Assembly: GCF_003334315.1 (NCBI RefSeq)
Contig: NZ_QOWR01000046.1
Direction: 5' to 3' (one strand)
Length of the DNA: 38,030 nucleotides
Source of the DNA: Escherichia coli
GTDB lineage: Bacteria; Pseudomonadota; Gammaproteobacteria; Enterobacterales; Enterobacteriaceae
Made by a program: the position numbers and the translations under genes. The stretch's first letter is position 1. Each line of letters begins with the position of its first letter. This document shows, piece after piece, positions 37,954 through 38,030 of the stretch. The notes under the pieces are model-generated. The model did not search any database. It worked only from the letters and a program-made list of their open reading frames with translations, and was not told the DNA's origin.

Positions 37954-38030
37954 TGGATTGGCCCCTATATTTCCATACACTTTTTATCACTTAACCCATT
38001 ACTGGTTCGCCGCCGCAGATATTCCCGTGG
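37954..38030 (-). mobile_element. Terminal inverted repeat and transposase 3' end of an IS2-group (IS3 family) insertion sequence, extending beyond the window
   Basis: tggattggcccctatatttcca...ttatcacttaacccattac...gccgcagatattcccgtgg resembles the IS2 end as I recall it (TGGATTTGCCCCTATATTTCCAGACA...); similar but not identical. Confidence 0.6.
37965..38030 (-). CDS. IS2-like transposase (OrfB / InsD-like) C-terminal end, 5' truncated by window edge
   Basis: Minus-strand translation ...PREYLRRRTSNGLSDKKCMEI* versus IS2 InsD C-terminus ...[21 protein letters not shown] (from memory). Confidence 0.55.
   Translation of the reverse strand, partial: PREYLRRRTSNGLSDKKCMEI

Overview
This window reads as an enterobacterial (Escherichia coli / Shigella-type) core-chromosome segment with no rRNA, tRNA or CRISPR array that I could detect by eye. 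Gene order, left to right: the 3' end of an IS1 copy inserted into elaB | menF-menD-menH-menB-menC-menE (menaquinone) | pmrD | arnF-arnE-arnT-arnD-arnA-arnC-arnB on the minus strand (L-Ara4N lipid A modification) | ais | nudI | yfaZ, yfaY | rhmR-rhmD-rhmT-rhmA (L-rhamnonate) | ypaA-rpnB (minus) | glpC-glpB-glpA (minus) divergent from glpT-glpQ | yfaH remnant | inaA | yfaE-nrdB-nrdA (minus) | 5' part of autotransporter yfaL, cut off by the terminal repeat of an IS2-group element at the window edge. Gene names are from my recognition of the translated ORFs; no database search was run. I do not see a large, wholly novel system here. The most interesting locus is rpnB-ypaA: a PD-(D/E)XK Rpn-type nuclease whose C-terminal tail has its own internal ribosome-binding site and ATG, with a tandem-duplicated free-standing copy immediately downstream. 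Also notable are the two IS insertions that bound the window and inactivate elaB and yfaL. Several dense regulatory regions (arnB/ais, glpA/glpT, nrdA upstream) and a REP cluster are visible in the sequence.
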